A stretch of DNA of 62,617 nucleotides, the filler included. It is 7 parts of 7 records of this genome, joined end to end, with 100 filler letters (N's around TTAATTAATTAA, not from the genome) between each part and the next. Parts side by side here need not be neighbours in the genome. Positions count along the whole stretch, not along the records: positions 47,556 to 53,301 come from DRR723986_6691; positions 53,402 to 62,617 come from DRR723986_6710; 5 more parts are not named here. One strand, written 5' to 3'. Below the pieces are notes generated by a model. The model did not search any database. It was not told the DNA's origin and saw nothing but the letters and a program-made list of their open reading frames with translations. A program made the translations under genes and the position numbers. Below are positions 51,769-61,570 of this stretch, piece by piece (within the stretch, counting starts at the first letter, position 1; each line of letters opens with the position of its first letter).

Positions 51769-52092
51769 TCAGTCGCTATTCTGGCCTGGCGGCAGTACCA
51801 CCCATTCAGGGTCTTCAAATTCACCCAAAGGCCGAATCTCAACAAACGGAGCGGCGCTTTTAATGATCTCCGCGATCCTCGGGTCCTTCCGGGCATCCAT
51901 GGCATCGCGGTCGGCCTTGCTGTCCCAACTGGCGATAGCGATCAACTTGTTCGGCTCACCAATCTTTCGGTGTAGTTCGGTACCACGGGCACCGGGCGCC
52001 TGCTGAATCAGCTCACTGGCCCGGACCCAGGCATCGGCATACTCCTCAGCAGAGTGCCCGTCTTTCACCGTGACCTCGAAAATATACTTCAT
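51769..52092 (-). CDS. Antibiotic biosynthesis monooxygenase-like protein
   Basis: Y..AW...S..IQ..PGARGT.LHR....IASW.S. Confidence 0.75.
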   Translation of the reverse strand: MKYIFEVTVKDGHSAEEYADAWVRASELIQQAPGARGTELHRKIGEPNKLIAIASWDSKADRDAMDARKDPRIAEIIKSAAPFVEIRPLGEFEDPEWVVLPPGQNSD

Positions 52093-52177
52093 CGCATCCT
52101 CCCGATTTGCAGCATCCTGAGGTCATCGTCCAGACTTGAAGAGTACAGATCAAATTCTGACCACAGGAGACGGACGC

Positions 52178-52597
52178 ATGTATCAGAAAATACTGGTTCC
52201 CGTCGATCTTGCCCATCTCGACAAGATACCCAAAACCCTGAACACTGCCATCGACATGGCCAAACACTACCAGGCCAGCCTGTGCTACGTGACAGTCACC
52301 AACAGTACCCCGGGAGCCGCGGCCCACAACCCGAAGGAACTGGCAGACAAACTCACGGAGTTTGCCGAGGAACAGGGTAAGAGCCACGGCATTCAGACCG
52401 AATCCAGGGTGCTGGAATCGGTCGATACCGCCGTTGAGCTGGATAAAATACTACTGGGCGCGATCAAGGATACCAAGGCCGATCTGGTAATCATGGCCTC
52501 CCATGCACCGGGCCTCGGCGACACCCTGCACCTTTTGCGGTCTAACGGGGCAGAAATCGTCAAACACAGCGACATTTCGGTGTTCGTGGTTCGCTGA
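52178..52597 (+). CDS. Universal stress protein
   Basis: YQKILVPVDL, ADLVIMASH, SV.VVR. Confidence 0.9.
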   Translation: MYQKILVPVDLAHLDKIPKTLNTAIDMAKHYQASLCYVTVTNSTPGAAAHNPKELADKLTEFAEEQGKSHGIQTESRVLESVDTAVELDKILLGAIKDTKADLVIMASHAPGLGDTLHLLRSNGAEIVKHSDISVFVVR

Positions 52598-52639
52598 GCC
52601 TTGCGGTAGACTGGCCGGACATTCACAGGGAAGTCACCA

Positions 52640-53301
52640 ATGTCCGCACCGCTTGTTTTTGCTGTTATCGCCAGTGCCCTGATTGGCGGCTCGCTGTTCT
52701 ATTTGTTTTTCTACCGCAACTGGCGACGCCAACGCGAACTGCAACAACCGTTTCCTGCGCAATGGAGACAACACCTCCAGAGCAGTGTCCCCCTCTACAA
52801 CCGGCTCGCCGACAGCCACAAAACCCGGCTGGAGAATCTGGTGCAGCTCTTTATCTCGGAGAAGGAATTCTACGAATGTGCCGGTTTTGAAATCGATGAC
52901 CGGGTGCGAGTGACCATTGCCGGCCATGCTTGCCTTTTACTGCTTGAACGCGGATTTTACGAATACGATGACGTCAAAAGCATCCTGGTCTATCCCGATA
53001 TCTACCGGGTAAAGGACACCGAAAGCGATGGCCTGGTGGTCAGCGCCAGTGACGAAACCCGGGCCGGAGAGGCCTGGTCCCACGGCCGGGTGATTCTGGC
53101 CTGGAGCCAGTGTGAACAAGCCATCGCCAATCCTCATGGCCCGCACAATGTAATTCTTCACGAATTCGCCCATCAGTTGGACTACCTGGATGGCACCGCA
53201 GACGGCGCACCACCACTGAGTGGCGATGACGCTGCACGCTGGCAGGAAACCATGACCGAAGCCTGGGACCACCTGCAACACCGGCTGGAACACCACCACA
53301 A
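52640..53301 (+). CDS. MtfA/peptidase M90 zinc-dependent peptidase, 3'-truncated
   Basis: IAGHACLL, ILVYP, GEAW..G.VILAW, NVILHEFAHQLD. Confidence 0.9.
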
Positions 53302-53401
53302 NNNNNNNNNNNNNNNNNNNNNNNNNNNNNNNNNNNNNNNNNNNNTTAATTAATTAANNNNNNNNNNNNNNNNNNNNNNNNNNNNNNNNNNNNNNNNNNN
53401 N

Positions 53402-53880
53402 CGTTTTTCGCCGCTATCAGCGATAATTTCCTGATTAGCAACATCAAGCGTCCACTCGCCGAACTTCGGCTGAACTGCAGCTATCGTGCCTGAAACTGTT
53501 TCAATGGTTTTTGATCGCCTCAATACGGAGCGGATTCTTGCGAGCAGTTCCCGAGGGTTAAACGGCTTGGCTATATAGTCATCTGCGCCTAGCTCTAATC
53601 CAATAATACGTTCAGTCTCTTCGCTTTTTCCGGAAAGAAAGATAACAGGAATATCTGAGACTTTGCGAATGTCACGGCACAATTCGAAACCGTCATCATG
53701 TCCAAGCATAACATCTAAAACAGCTAGATCACATTTAGTTTTTTCAATAACAGCGAGTGCTGATTTGGCGTCGCATGCCAAACTGACTTCATAGCCTTGC
53801 GATTCTAAATAAACCCCAACAGGCTCACGAATGTCTTCTTCGTCATCAACCAATAGAATGTGTTTATCAGCGGACAACAC
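53402..53880 (-). CDS. OmpR-family response regulator, 3'-truncated
   Basis: LVDDE, VLDVML, FLSG, GADDYIAKPFNPRELLARI. Confidence 0.93.
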
Positions 53881-54122
53881 CGGTCTCCTGTTCTGCGTTT
53901 AGCAAGCCTTAGCGAAGAAGCAGGACGATACTGCAACCTTCGTTATCGAATCTTAGGAAGTTTGGTTGCTTTTTACCAGTGGTTTTGTTGGTAAGTTCAG
54001 AAGCTATGAAGAAAGATACCTGTATATTCCAAATATGTAATTCAATCTGCAGAACTCGGTAATTGAAGCAAAACAATATTTTATGCTAGGTTTGTGGCCT
54101 GCAAAGATCATGGACGTATTAC

Positions 54123-55877
54123 GTGAAGCCCGAAACTAATATTTTAGATAGCGCAAACACGCCGCTTACCGTTGGCTTATCTGCTGATAAGAAAAGCGCC
54201 GATGGGAAAGCCTCTGGCCAGAAAATATCAATGCAAAAACAGGCAGCGATTTTTCTGGCAATATTTGTTTTATTTATTAGCAGTTCACTGACCTACGTAT
54301 TTTATCAAGCAACGTATCAGATGCTGACAGATGAATTGCAGCGCAGAGCGCAAGCAATTGCAACCATTGTTTCCGAAAACTCTACCTCTGGGGTGCTGTT
54401 AAAAGATGCTGCTGTCTTAGATGAAGTGGTGTTGCCGTTTGTGGGTGAAGACGACGTTGTTTACATAACGGTGTTAGATGAAAGCGGTGATGAGCTTGTT
54501 ACTGAACCCGCGCAGTATGATGTTGAGAGTGATCGATTAGGTTTGTCGAATTTAGCCCTTTCTGATCAACGTATGATGTCAAGCTTTGCAGACTTTCCTG
54601 CGCAAACCTCAGGCCGTATGGAGCGAAGTGGCTATCATGTGGCGGTGCCAGTATGGCGAGAAGTTGCAACCAATATAAACGATGGAGACTATGACGAAGC
54701 CGTTGGTTTTGAAGATGTTCCTGTGGATCAACAAGAACTGATTGGCGTCGTACAAGTTGGCCTTTCGCTTAGTCGGATTGATGATCAGGCTGAAGTCATT
54801 CTGTACCGCGCGGGTTTCATCGTTATTGGGATAGCTTTTCTGGGAATGTTGATTGCTGCCATGTTGTTACATCGCTGGTTGGAGCCATTGCAGCTGGTTA
54901 CAGGCCTTGCCCAAAAAATTCGAGCTGTGGGCTATGTAGAGGCAGTCGACGAAACGGTGAAAAACCCAAAAGGGCTACAAAAAAATACCGCAGCAATTCG
55001 TAACCGAAAAGATGAAATTGGCCAGCTTCATCAAATATTTATGGAAATGGTAACGGAACTTAGCGCACACGATCGTCATTTACGGGAGCAAAAACAACGC
55101 CTGCAAAAAATGGTTAACGAACGCACAAACGAACTTTTAGACGCTAAAGAGGACGCGGAAACTGCTAATAGGGCTAAGTCTACTTTTCTTGCTTCCATGA
55201 GCCATGAAATACGCACACCGTTAAATGCCGTGATTGGCTACACTGAAATGTTGCAACTGCATATTGCCCAGTCGCCTGAAAAACAGGAAGAGTACTTGCA
55301 AGCTATTCACCAAAGCGGACAACATCTTTTATCGCTCATTAATGATATTCTGGACCTTTCTAAGCTTGAGGCCCAGCGCTACAATATGGTTATTGAAGAC
55401 TTGGATGTTGCGGCCTGTGTTCAAGAAGCGGTTACTTTTAACAAACCAAGGACAGATAAAAAGCGGCAGTTTGTAACCGTTAAATCTGATGGCGCTAGCA
55501 TGAAGAGTGATGTGCGAATGCTGAAACAAATTCTGATAAATTTGATTTCAAATGCCGCCAAGTTTACCCCAGATCAAGGTTCCATAGAAATTTCTGCAAC
55601 CTCGGAAAAGGACCGTATCGTTATATCTGTAGCGGACAATGGCATTGGTATGACTGATGAAGAAGTCGAACGTTCCGTGCAGCCGTTTGTGAAAATTGCC
55701 GATGATTTAAGCTCAGGTTTCTCGGAAGGTACAGGCTTGGGTCTGGCGTTGGTGAAAAACTTTGTCGATCAAATGGCCGGGAAACTTCATATTTTTTCGG
55801 AAAAGGGCGAAGGCACAGTTGTTCGGATGACATTTCCAAAACAATACCCGGCAGACGAAATCGCTTCGATCAACTAG
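54123..55877 (+). CDS. Membrane sensor histidine kinase
   Basis: Two TMs, HAMP (DEIGQL), H-box [16 protein letters not shown] boxes NAAKFT, DNGIG, GTGLGL. Confidence 0.95.
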   Translation: MKPETNILDSANTPLTVGLSADKKSADGKASGQKISMQKQAAIFLAIFVLFISSSLTYVFYQATYQMLTDELQRRAQAIATIVSENSTSGVLLKDAAVLDEVVLPFVGEDDVVYITVLDESGDELVTEPAQYDVESDRLGLSNLALSDQRMMSSFADFPAQTSGRMERSGYHVAVPVWREVATNINDGDYDEAVGFEDVPVDQQELIGVVQVGLSLSRIDDQAEVILYRAGFIVIGIAFLGMLIAAMLLHRWLEPLQLVTGLAQKIRAVGYVEAVDETVKNPKGLQKNTAAIRNRKDEIGQLHQIFMEMVTELSAHDRHLREQKQRLQKMVNERTNELLDAKEDAETANRAKSTFLASMSHEIRTPLNAVIGYTEMLQLHIAQSPEKQEEYLQAIHQSGQHLLSLINDILDLSKLEAQRYNMVIEDLDVAACVQEAVTFNKPRTDKKRQFVTVKSDGASMKSDVRMLKQILINLISNAAKFTPDQGSIEISATSEKDRIVISVADNGIGMTDEEVERSVQPFVKIADDLSSGFSEGTGLGLALVKNFVDQMAGKLHIFSEKGEGTVVRMTFPKQYPADEIASIN

Positions 55878-55917
55878 CGTGCAATAACGCTTAATAAATC
55901 CAATGTGTAACGAGGTT

Positions 55918-56646
55918 TTATTCCGTCGAAACTTCTGCGGTAAAAGAATAACCACCGCCCCAATATGTTTTGATCAATCGAGGGGATTGCGGGTTCGCTT
56001 CCAGCTTTTTTCTGAGCCGAGAGACCAGATTATCAACGCTCCGATCAAAAACATCATTGGGCTTGTTTTGAACTTCGTTCAGAAGTTTTTCTCGGCTTAA
56101 TACTGTATTTGGGTTGGTTAGGAACGCTGTTAATAATTTGCGCTCGTTTCGGCTTAGTCGCACTGCTTTGCCTGATTGATCTGTTAACTTGTAGGTGGTC
56201 GGGTTAAATGAACAACCACCAAATGTTATGTGCCCGTTGATGTTGGTAGGCTTTCGCTGGCTTGTTTCTGGGGCCTTGCGTACACGGCGCAACACTGCCT
56301 TAATACGCGCCGCCAGCTCTCGTGGGTTACACGGCAATGTAATGTAGTCATCTCCGCCGATTTCCAGACTGATAATACAATCCGTTTCTTCATCTTCCCT
56401 TGCCAGAAAGATAACGGGGGCTTCTGTAAGTTTACGAATTTTAAGGAATAAAGCGAGGCCGCTACCATTAGCCATCGCAATGTCTAATACGATAAGGTCA
56501 GGTGAAAATGACTTGGTATGAGAAAGCGCTTGAAGTTGATGCGCCGTGGATTTAACGGAGAAGCCCTGAGTCTCAAGGTAGTGTTTCAATGTTTCTCGAG
56601 TGGAACCACCTTCATCAATAATCAATATCTTAGATTCTGACTTCAC
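55918..56646 (-). CDS. OmpR-family response regulator with atypical receiver
   Basis: Receiver plus winged helix (DRSVDNLVSRLRKKLE...IKT.WG.GY); GTG start after GGTGG. Confidence 0.85.
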   Translation of the reverse strand: MKSESKILIIDEGGSTRETLKHYLETQGFSVKSTAHQLQALSHTKSFSPDLIVLDIAMANGSGLALFLKIRKLTEAPVIFLAREDEETDCIISLEIGGDDYITLPCNPRELAARIKAVLRRVRKAPETSQRKPTNINGHITFGGCSFNPTTYKLTDQSGKAVRLSRNERKLLTAFLTNPNTVLSREKLLNEVQNKPNDVFDRSVDNLVSRLRKKLEANPQSPRLIKTYWGGGYSFTAEVSTE

Positions 56647-56754
56647 AGCACCACCTATGAGACTCAAGAGCCCCCGTTGGGGTTTTTTACTGAAAACTTG
56701 GGTCGTTTGCAGCGCAACTCTTTTGCCAAATTGATTTTGCTGCAACAAGGACCC

Positions 56755-56793
56755 GATACAAATTGATACAAACCTCGACAATTCTTTGACAAA
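56755..56793. promoter_or_regulatory. Tandem direct repeats, OmpR/PhoB-type binding site
   Basis: ACAA cores at 56758, 56768, 56778 and 56789 (10/10/11-bp spacing): GATACAAA, GATACAAA, CGACAA, TGACAAA. Confidence 0.55.
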
Positions 56794-56991
56794 GACTGAT
56801 TTGGCAAGGGTTTATGGCTAATTAGATACAGCCAACTTTACATGCGGATTTTAAATAGCTGTTTGTTCTGATTTTTTTGATTTATGAAAATAGAATAGCT
56901 TAATGACCATCTGTAACACATGGCTGCACTCGTTAGCAGTTAAGCCTATACTGCATGGCTACGCTACAAGCGTTCTTCATGGCGTTTCTTT

Positions 56992-58410
56992 TTATTGGCC
57001 AACCTGAACTGTTGACCAAACATAGCGATGATCACTAGAGATTGCTTTACTATTGCCAGCCCCAACACGAACGTCATTAAATAACAAGCGGCCCTCGGCA
57101 CCTTCTGGTGGCCAGTATGTGCCTGCATCAATAACTTTCAGGTCTGATGATGGCACGGCATAGTCTACTCTGCTCCCAAATACCGCAGAGCGAATTTCAG
57201 GGTAGGGATGCACCCCCGACCAGGAACTTGCAGGGTTTGGTGCTTCTGCAGCCCCTTGGCTACTTGGGGCAAATTTCCCCGTTGCTTGGCTAACAGAGTG
57301 GTTTACTCTCTTGTTATTCATCAACATACGAATCCCGTTATAATGCGTCTTCGTACCATTTCCGCTCAGTGCATCAGCGTTAAGGTCACCCATAATCACA
57401 AAACTTTCGCCAGAAAAACCACCATAATTTCCTTTGTCGTCATAGATGTATGCGGCGCCTTCGATGTAACGTAGCCAGAACTCAATTTCCTGGCTATTGC
57501 GAAGCTTGTTGTTGTCGGACGCTTTGTCAAAACCGGCGGGTGTGGGGTGTGATAAAAGCACATTAATCGTCTTTGTGCCTTCACGTGTCGGAATCAGGAT
57601 GGGGGCGTCCACATGATTTTTTGAAGATAGTCTAATCTCTTTCCATTCGTCTCCGGTGTACCAACCCTCGCCGCATTCCACATCAAACCTGTCTTCAATT
57701 TCTGAACATGTCTGTGCATCATTAATAGGAGCGGTTATTGGGTTTTTAGCGCCTATAAAATCAGATCGTTTGAATGTTTGGAAAGTACGTGTGTTCGCCG
57801 TATCAATTTCATATTTCGACATAAGCGCAAAAGCGTAATGTCCATGATAATAACCAAACCCGTGTGCATCGTCTGGATCAGGTGCCTCAGCAGTGCCGTT
57901 GTTTGCTAAGTCATGACCAGAGAAAAGACCGGTGTTCGTGGGGTAATTTTGCACAAACGGGTATGAGATTGGGTCAAGTAAATCGCCGCCATCAACACTA
58001 TTCATGCTTTGGGGATGGGCTAAGTAATTGTCTTTAAAGCCAGCAAGAGCCGCATAGCTTTCAGCGATGCCGTCATTGTTAAACTCTGTAAGCAATAAAA
58101 CATCTGGGCGTTGTTTTTGAATGATTGCAGCAATATTGCGAATTTGAATAACGCGCTCAGCTAGTTTTAAGTCAGAGCCTACAAGAGTTCCAGTTCTCCA
58201 GGCCTCAAGCAATTCTTCCTGCTTTTCGATTGAAAGGGTCATAAACATAACCCATCGCTCAAAGGTTTCGGCTGTATCGTTGTCGTGCGCAAAAGATACG
58301 TTAAATGAAGCGAATGTGACTTCAGTTTGACGCGAGGGTGCATCAACCCTTTCATCGCAACCAGCAATAATTAACGCCGCCAGAGTTGGCACTAACAATT
58401 TTATTTTCAT
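56992..58410 (-). CDS. Endonuclease/exonuclease/phosphatase-family lipoprotein
   Basis: Lipobox IAGC; FASFNV, PDVLLLTEF, SHPTP, GDLNAD, RVDY, SDHR. Confidence 0.88.
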   Translation of the reverse strand: MKIKLLVPTLAALIIAGCDERVDAPSRQTEVTFASFNVSFAHDNDTAETFERWVMFMTLSIEKQEELLEAWRTGTLVGSDLKLAERVIQIRNIAAIIQKQRPDVLLLTEFNNDGIAESYAALAGFKDNYLAHPQSMNSVDGGDLLDPISYPFVQNYPTNTGLFSGHDLANNGTAEAPDPDDAHGFGYYHGHYAFALMSKYEIDTANTRTFQTFKRSDFIGAKNPITAPINDAQTCSEIEDRFDVECGEGWYTGDEWKEIRLSSKNHVDAPILIPTREGTKTINVLLSHPTPAGFDKASDNNKLRNSQEIEFWLRYIEGAAYIYDDKGNYGGFSGESFVIMGDLNADALSGNGTKTHYNGIRMLMNNKRVNHSVSQATGKFAPSSQGAAEAPNPASSWSGVHPYPEIRSAVFGSRVDYAVPSSDLKVIDAGTYWPPEGAEGRLLFNDVRVGAGNSKAISSDHRYVWSTVQVGQ

Positions 58411-58681
58411 TTTCTACCCTTAAAACGAGGTTATCGATTACCATGCCCGTATCAGAAATTGGCCACTATGGCATCTACCGAACTGCGAATTTTCAACTTT
58501 GACCATTACGCGCTTAATAGCGAATCTTATTAAAGCGTAACTGTTAAATGATACCCTAAATTAGGGCGAGTAACACACCTAGTAAGCAAATATTTTTAGT
58601 TTCTGATCATAAATATTTTAATTTAAATTGTTTTAGAACAATAGGTTAAATATTTTTTATTGTTTTTCATAAATTCTATTC

Positions 58682-58721
58682 TTGCCAATTTAAATTAGGT
58701 GTACTACATAACTAATACACC
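58682..58721 (+). promoter_or_regulatory. Promoter with YtrA-type GntR operator
   Basis: TTGCCA -35 at 58682; GGTGTACTA-N6-TAATACACC inverted repeat (58698-58721) over the -10/start region. Confidence 0.75.
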
Positions 58722-59086
58722 GGCACGATAGAACGCCCAAGCAGAAGTCGAAAAGGCTCAGATAAAGGGTTCAGCGAGGAAGTGGCGGTTAAAGATAATA
58801 CGGGATTATAAAAATAAACGGCCCGAGTACGACAGACGAGATTACTTAAAAAGACACTATAAAAATTGGGATAAACCCAAACGGTAATAACAAGAGCCAG
58901 CCAACTGGCCATACAGCGAGGAGATGAGGGGAAGCCGGAAACTGGAAACAGATGAACCGGCCCCCTCGGAACCGAAAACAACAATAAAGAACGACAGCAC
59001 TATTAAAATGGTCACCAAAAAACAGGGACCACATAACAGAAGCCCGAAAATAAAAACATAACGGGCCGCCAGCGAGGAGAAAGTAA
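58722..59086 (+). ncRNA. Candidate structured A-rich leader RNA with internal ~150-nt duplication
   Basis: Three CAGCGAGGA copies (58772, 58914, 59070); GC stems closing A-rich loops; no long + strand ORF. Confidence 0.5.
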
Positions 59087-59227
59087 ATGACAACCCGTAG
59101 TTACCAAAACACCAAAAGAAATGCCCGTCGCAGCCGCCGCATCGCACGTCAGACTGACATGCTTATCGGCAGCAAAAATGGCGGCCGTCATGGTGATCTT
59201 ATTAACCGCATCAGCTTTGCAGCGTAA
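59087..59227 (+). CDS. Unannotated basic small protein (46 aa)
   Basis: GAGGAG SD 7-8 nt upstream; MTTRSYQNTKRNARRSRRIARQTDMLIGSKNGGRHGDLINRISFAA*; ends 15 nt before gntR. Confidence 0.6.
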   Translation: MTTRSYQNTKRNARRSRRIARQTDMLIGSKNGGRHGDLINRISFAA

Positions 59228-59242
59228 GCGGAGGGAGGAATT

Positions 59243-59602
59243 ATGACGCCGGATTGGACGGAAGACCAGCCGATCTACCGGCAACTGAAGGACAAGGTAG
59301 TTGCAGCGATAGTTGAAGGGACCATGCGCGAAGGCGAGGCCCTGCCATCCGTAAGGAATGTTGCTGTGGATTTACAGATAAATCCAATCACTGCCTCGAA
59401 AGCCTATCAGGAGCTAGTAATGGACGGATTAGTCGAAAAGAAACGCGGGCTGGGAATGTTCGTGGTTGAGGGCGCGCGCTCAAAGCTTGTTGAAGCTGAG
59501 CGTGATCGCTTCTTAAATGAAGAGTGGCCGCGGGTGATGGAAACGATCCACCGGCTTGGGTTGAACGCAGACACGCTGTTGAAAAACAGCACTGCAAACT
59601 AA
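59243..59602 (+). CDS. GntR-family regulator, YtrA subfamily
   Basis: PIYRQL, LPSVR..A..L.INP.T..KAY.EL...G.VEK.RG.GMFV; short C-terminus. Confidence 0.93.
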   Translation: MTPDWTEDQPIYRQLKDKVVAAIVEGTMREGEALPSVRNVAVDLQINPITASKAYQELVMDGLVEKKRGLGMFVVEGARSKLVEAERDRFLNEEWPRVMETIHRLGLNADTLLKNSTAN

Positions 59603-59615
59603 GGGGGCCGCAGCT

Positions 59616-60476
59616 ATGACTGATTATGTGATTGAAGCAAACGGCCTTGCGAAATCATACGGTGATTTCCAAGCATTAAAGCCATCAAGCTTTAAAGTGC
59701 CTTTGGGGCGCATCCTCGGTGTGATCGGCGCCAACGGTGCGGGTAAAACCACTATGCTTAACGCAGTACTCGGCCTTATGAATTATGAGGGCGAATTATC
59801 TGTTATGGGGCATAATCCATCCACCGAACGCGGCAAGTTAATGCAAGATGTCTGCTTTATTGCGGATGTTGCCACGCTGCCTAAATGGATGAAGGTGTCT
59901 GAGGTTCTCGATTATGTTGAAGGTGTTCACCCTCGGTTTGACCGGGCGAAAGCCATGACATTCCTAAACCGTACAAAGGTACCGCAAGATCGTAAAGTTC
60001 GTGCCCTTTCAAAAGGCATGACTGTCCAGCTACATCTGGCAATTGTTATGTCGATTGATGCCAAGCTTTTGGTGCTTGATGAGCCAACACTTGGTCTGGA
60101 TATCATTTTCCGCAAGCAGTTCTATGCAAGTCTGCTCGAGGAGTATTTTGATGAAAACCGCACGGTAATTATTACAACGCACCAAGTAGAAGAAGTTGAA
60201 CATATTTTATCCGATGTCATGTTCATTCGGGACGGTGAAGTAGTTCTGGAAGCTGATATGGACGAGCTAACCCAGCAGTTCATTGAAGTGATGGTAACGC
60301 CCGGTAAAGAGGAAGAGGCCGAGAAGCTTAAGCCTATATCCAAAGGTGTAACTTTCGGAAAAACGACGTGTATATATAAAAATATTGACCGCGAAACGCT
60401 GGCCGCTTTGGGCGAAACACGCCGCCTTGGCCTTGCCGATATATTCGTGGCGACCATGACAGGAGAAGGGCAATGA
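59616..60476 (+). CDS. ABC transporter ATP-binding protein (YtrB-like)
   Basis: GANGAGKTT, LSKGM, LDEPTLGLD. Confidence 0.93.
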   Translation: MTDYVIEANGLAKSYGDFQALKPSSFKVPLGRILGVIGANGAGKTTMLNAVLGLMNYEGELSVMGHNPSTERGKLMQDVCFIADVATLPKWMKVSEVLDYVEGVHPRFDRAKAMTFLNRTKVPQDRKVRALSKGMTVQLHLAIVMSIDAKLLVLDEPTLGLDIIFRKQFYASLLEEYFDENRTVIITTHQVEEVEHILSDVMFIRDGEVVLEADMDELTQQFIEVMVTPGKEEEAEKLKPISKGVTFGKTTCIYKNIDRETLAALGETRRLGLADIFVATMTGEGQ

Positions 60477-61411
60477 ATACCTATTTAGCCCTCGTAAAAC
60501 GGGAAATTCTCGACGGTAAAAACGGTTACATCCGGGTTCCAGCAATCTTGGCCGGCCTAACAGTTGCGATGGTTATTCTATCATCGTTGGGTATTGGCGA
60601 ATTGAACTTGATAAGAGATATGGACCATGACCGGATACATAATATTGGTGACGCCTTAAAGCTTGCTCAGCAGCAAGAGCCTGAGCAAATGCCCGGCGGA
60701 ATTACAGCCGGTTACTGGGTAATTAGTGCGCTGATGTGGGCGGCCTTTCCGTTCGTTATCTTCTTTTCGCTTTTGAGTACGCTTTATGAAGAGCGTCGTG
60801 ACCGGTCAATTTTGTTCTGGAAATCTATGCCTGTTGATGACTGGCAGGAAGTTGGGGCAAAACTATTCACTATCGTATTAGTAACACCTGTTATTTTTCT
60901 GGCTATTGCGATTTCGGCCCAGCTTGTCAGCGCTGTGTTTCTCAGCATCGTTGTGCTCTTTCAAGGTGGCCCGGTTCTGGAGCTTTGGCCCTTGGGCTTG
61001 ATGGTCTCTAGCTGGTTCAGCATGCTTGGCCATTACCTCCTTTGGTCCCTATGGGCACTGCCGGTACTTGCATGGGTGCTATTTGTGTCCGCTTACGCTA
61101 GCCGATTGCCAATCATGTGGGCGCTTATCACGCCGCTTGGCATCATCATTGCCGAAGGTATGTTCCTGGATACGCATGTGTTTGCTACATGGCTTGGTCG
61201 CCAACTCGGTGGATGGCAAGAGTGGGCTCTTAATGACCTTGGCCGCGGCATGGATATCGATGGACCGAGAGATGCCCTCAATATGGTCTTTGGTGCAGCA
61301 CAATGGGAGGCTCTTAAGTTTAGCATCACCAGCATGCGTTTTTGGTCCGGCTTGGTTATTGCTGCTGGCTTTGTATACGGCGCCATCGAGCTTCGGAAGC
61401 GCGGTACTTAA
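60473..61411 (+). CDS. ABC-2 type permease
   Basis: Multiple TMs; LYEERRDRSILFWKSMPV motif. Confidence 0.88.
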   Translation: MNTYLALVKREILDGKNGYIRVPAILAGLTVAMVILSSLGIGELNLIRDMDHDRIHNIGDALKLAQQQEPEQMPGGITAGYWVISALMWAAFPFVIFFSLLSTLYEERRDRSILFWKSMPVDDWQEVGAKLFTIVLVTPVIFLAIAISAQLVSAVFLSIVVLFQGGPVLELWPLGLMVSSWFSMLGHYLLWSLWALPVLAWVLFVSAYASRLPIMWALITPLGIIIAEGMFLDTHVFATWLGRQLGGWQEWALNDLGRGMDIDGPRDALNMVFGAAQWEALKFSITSMRFWSGLVIAAGFVYGAIELRKRGT

Positions 61412-61447
61412 CAAACAGCGATGCCGACCTTCGGTAATCGCAATATC

Positions 61448-61479
61448 AAAGGCCGCTTCTGTTATCCGGGGCGGCCTTT
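61448..61479 (+). terminator. Probable intrinsic terminator
   Basis: AAAGGCCGCTTC...GGGGCGGCCTTT followed by ATTGATT. Confidence 0.6.
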
Positions 61480-61570
61480 ATTGATTCCGGGGGCGCTATT
61501 TTCGCCTGCCGCTTCCATGTGTATACTTGGGGTTGAAATACCAAAAAAAACAGATAAGGGATTGATGGGA

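Noticed and set aside
15482-53401. Six identical TTAATTAATTAA motifs in N-runs, and apparent gene neighbourhoods across them
   Set aside because: Artificial contig linkers. The flanking fragments differ in composition and taxonomy, so cross-spacer synteny is meaningless.
58924-59061. ~45-codon ORF (MRGSRKLETD...) inside the leader
   Set aside because: The ATG directly abuts the GGAG, too close for a functional SD, and the open frame is expected in a T-poor sequence.
58722-59086. Calling the leader a CsrB/RsmZ sRNA because of its many GGA motifs
   Set aside because: Most GGAs lie in stems or linkers rather than hairpin loops, and no csrA is visible. Kept only as an unassigned structured leader.
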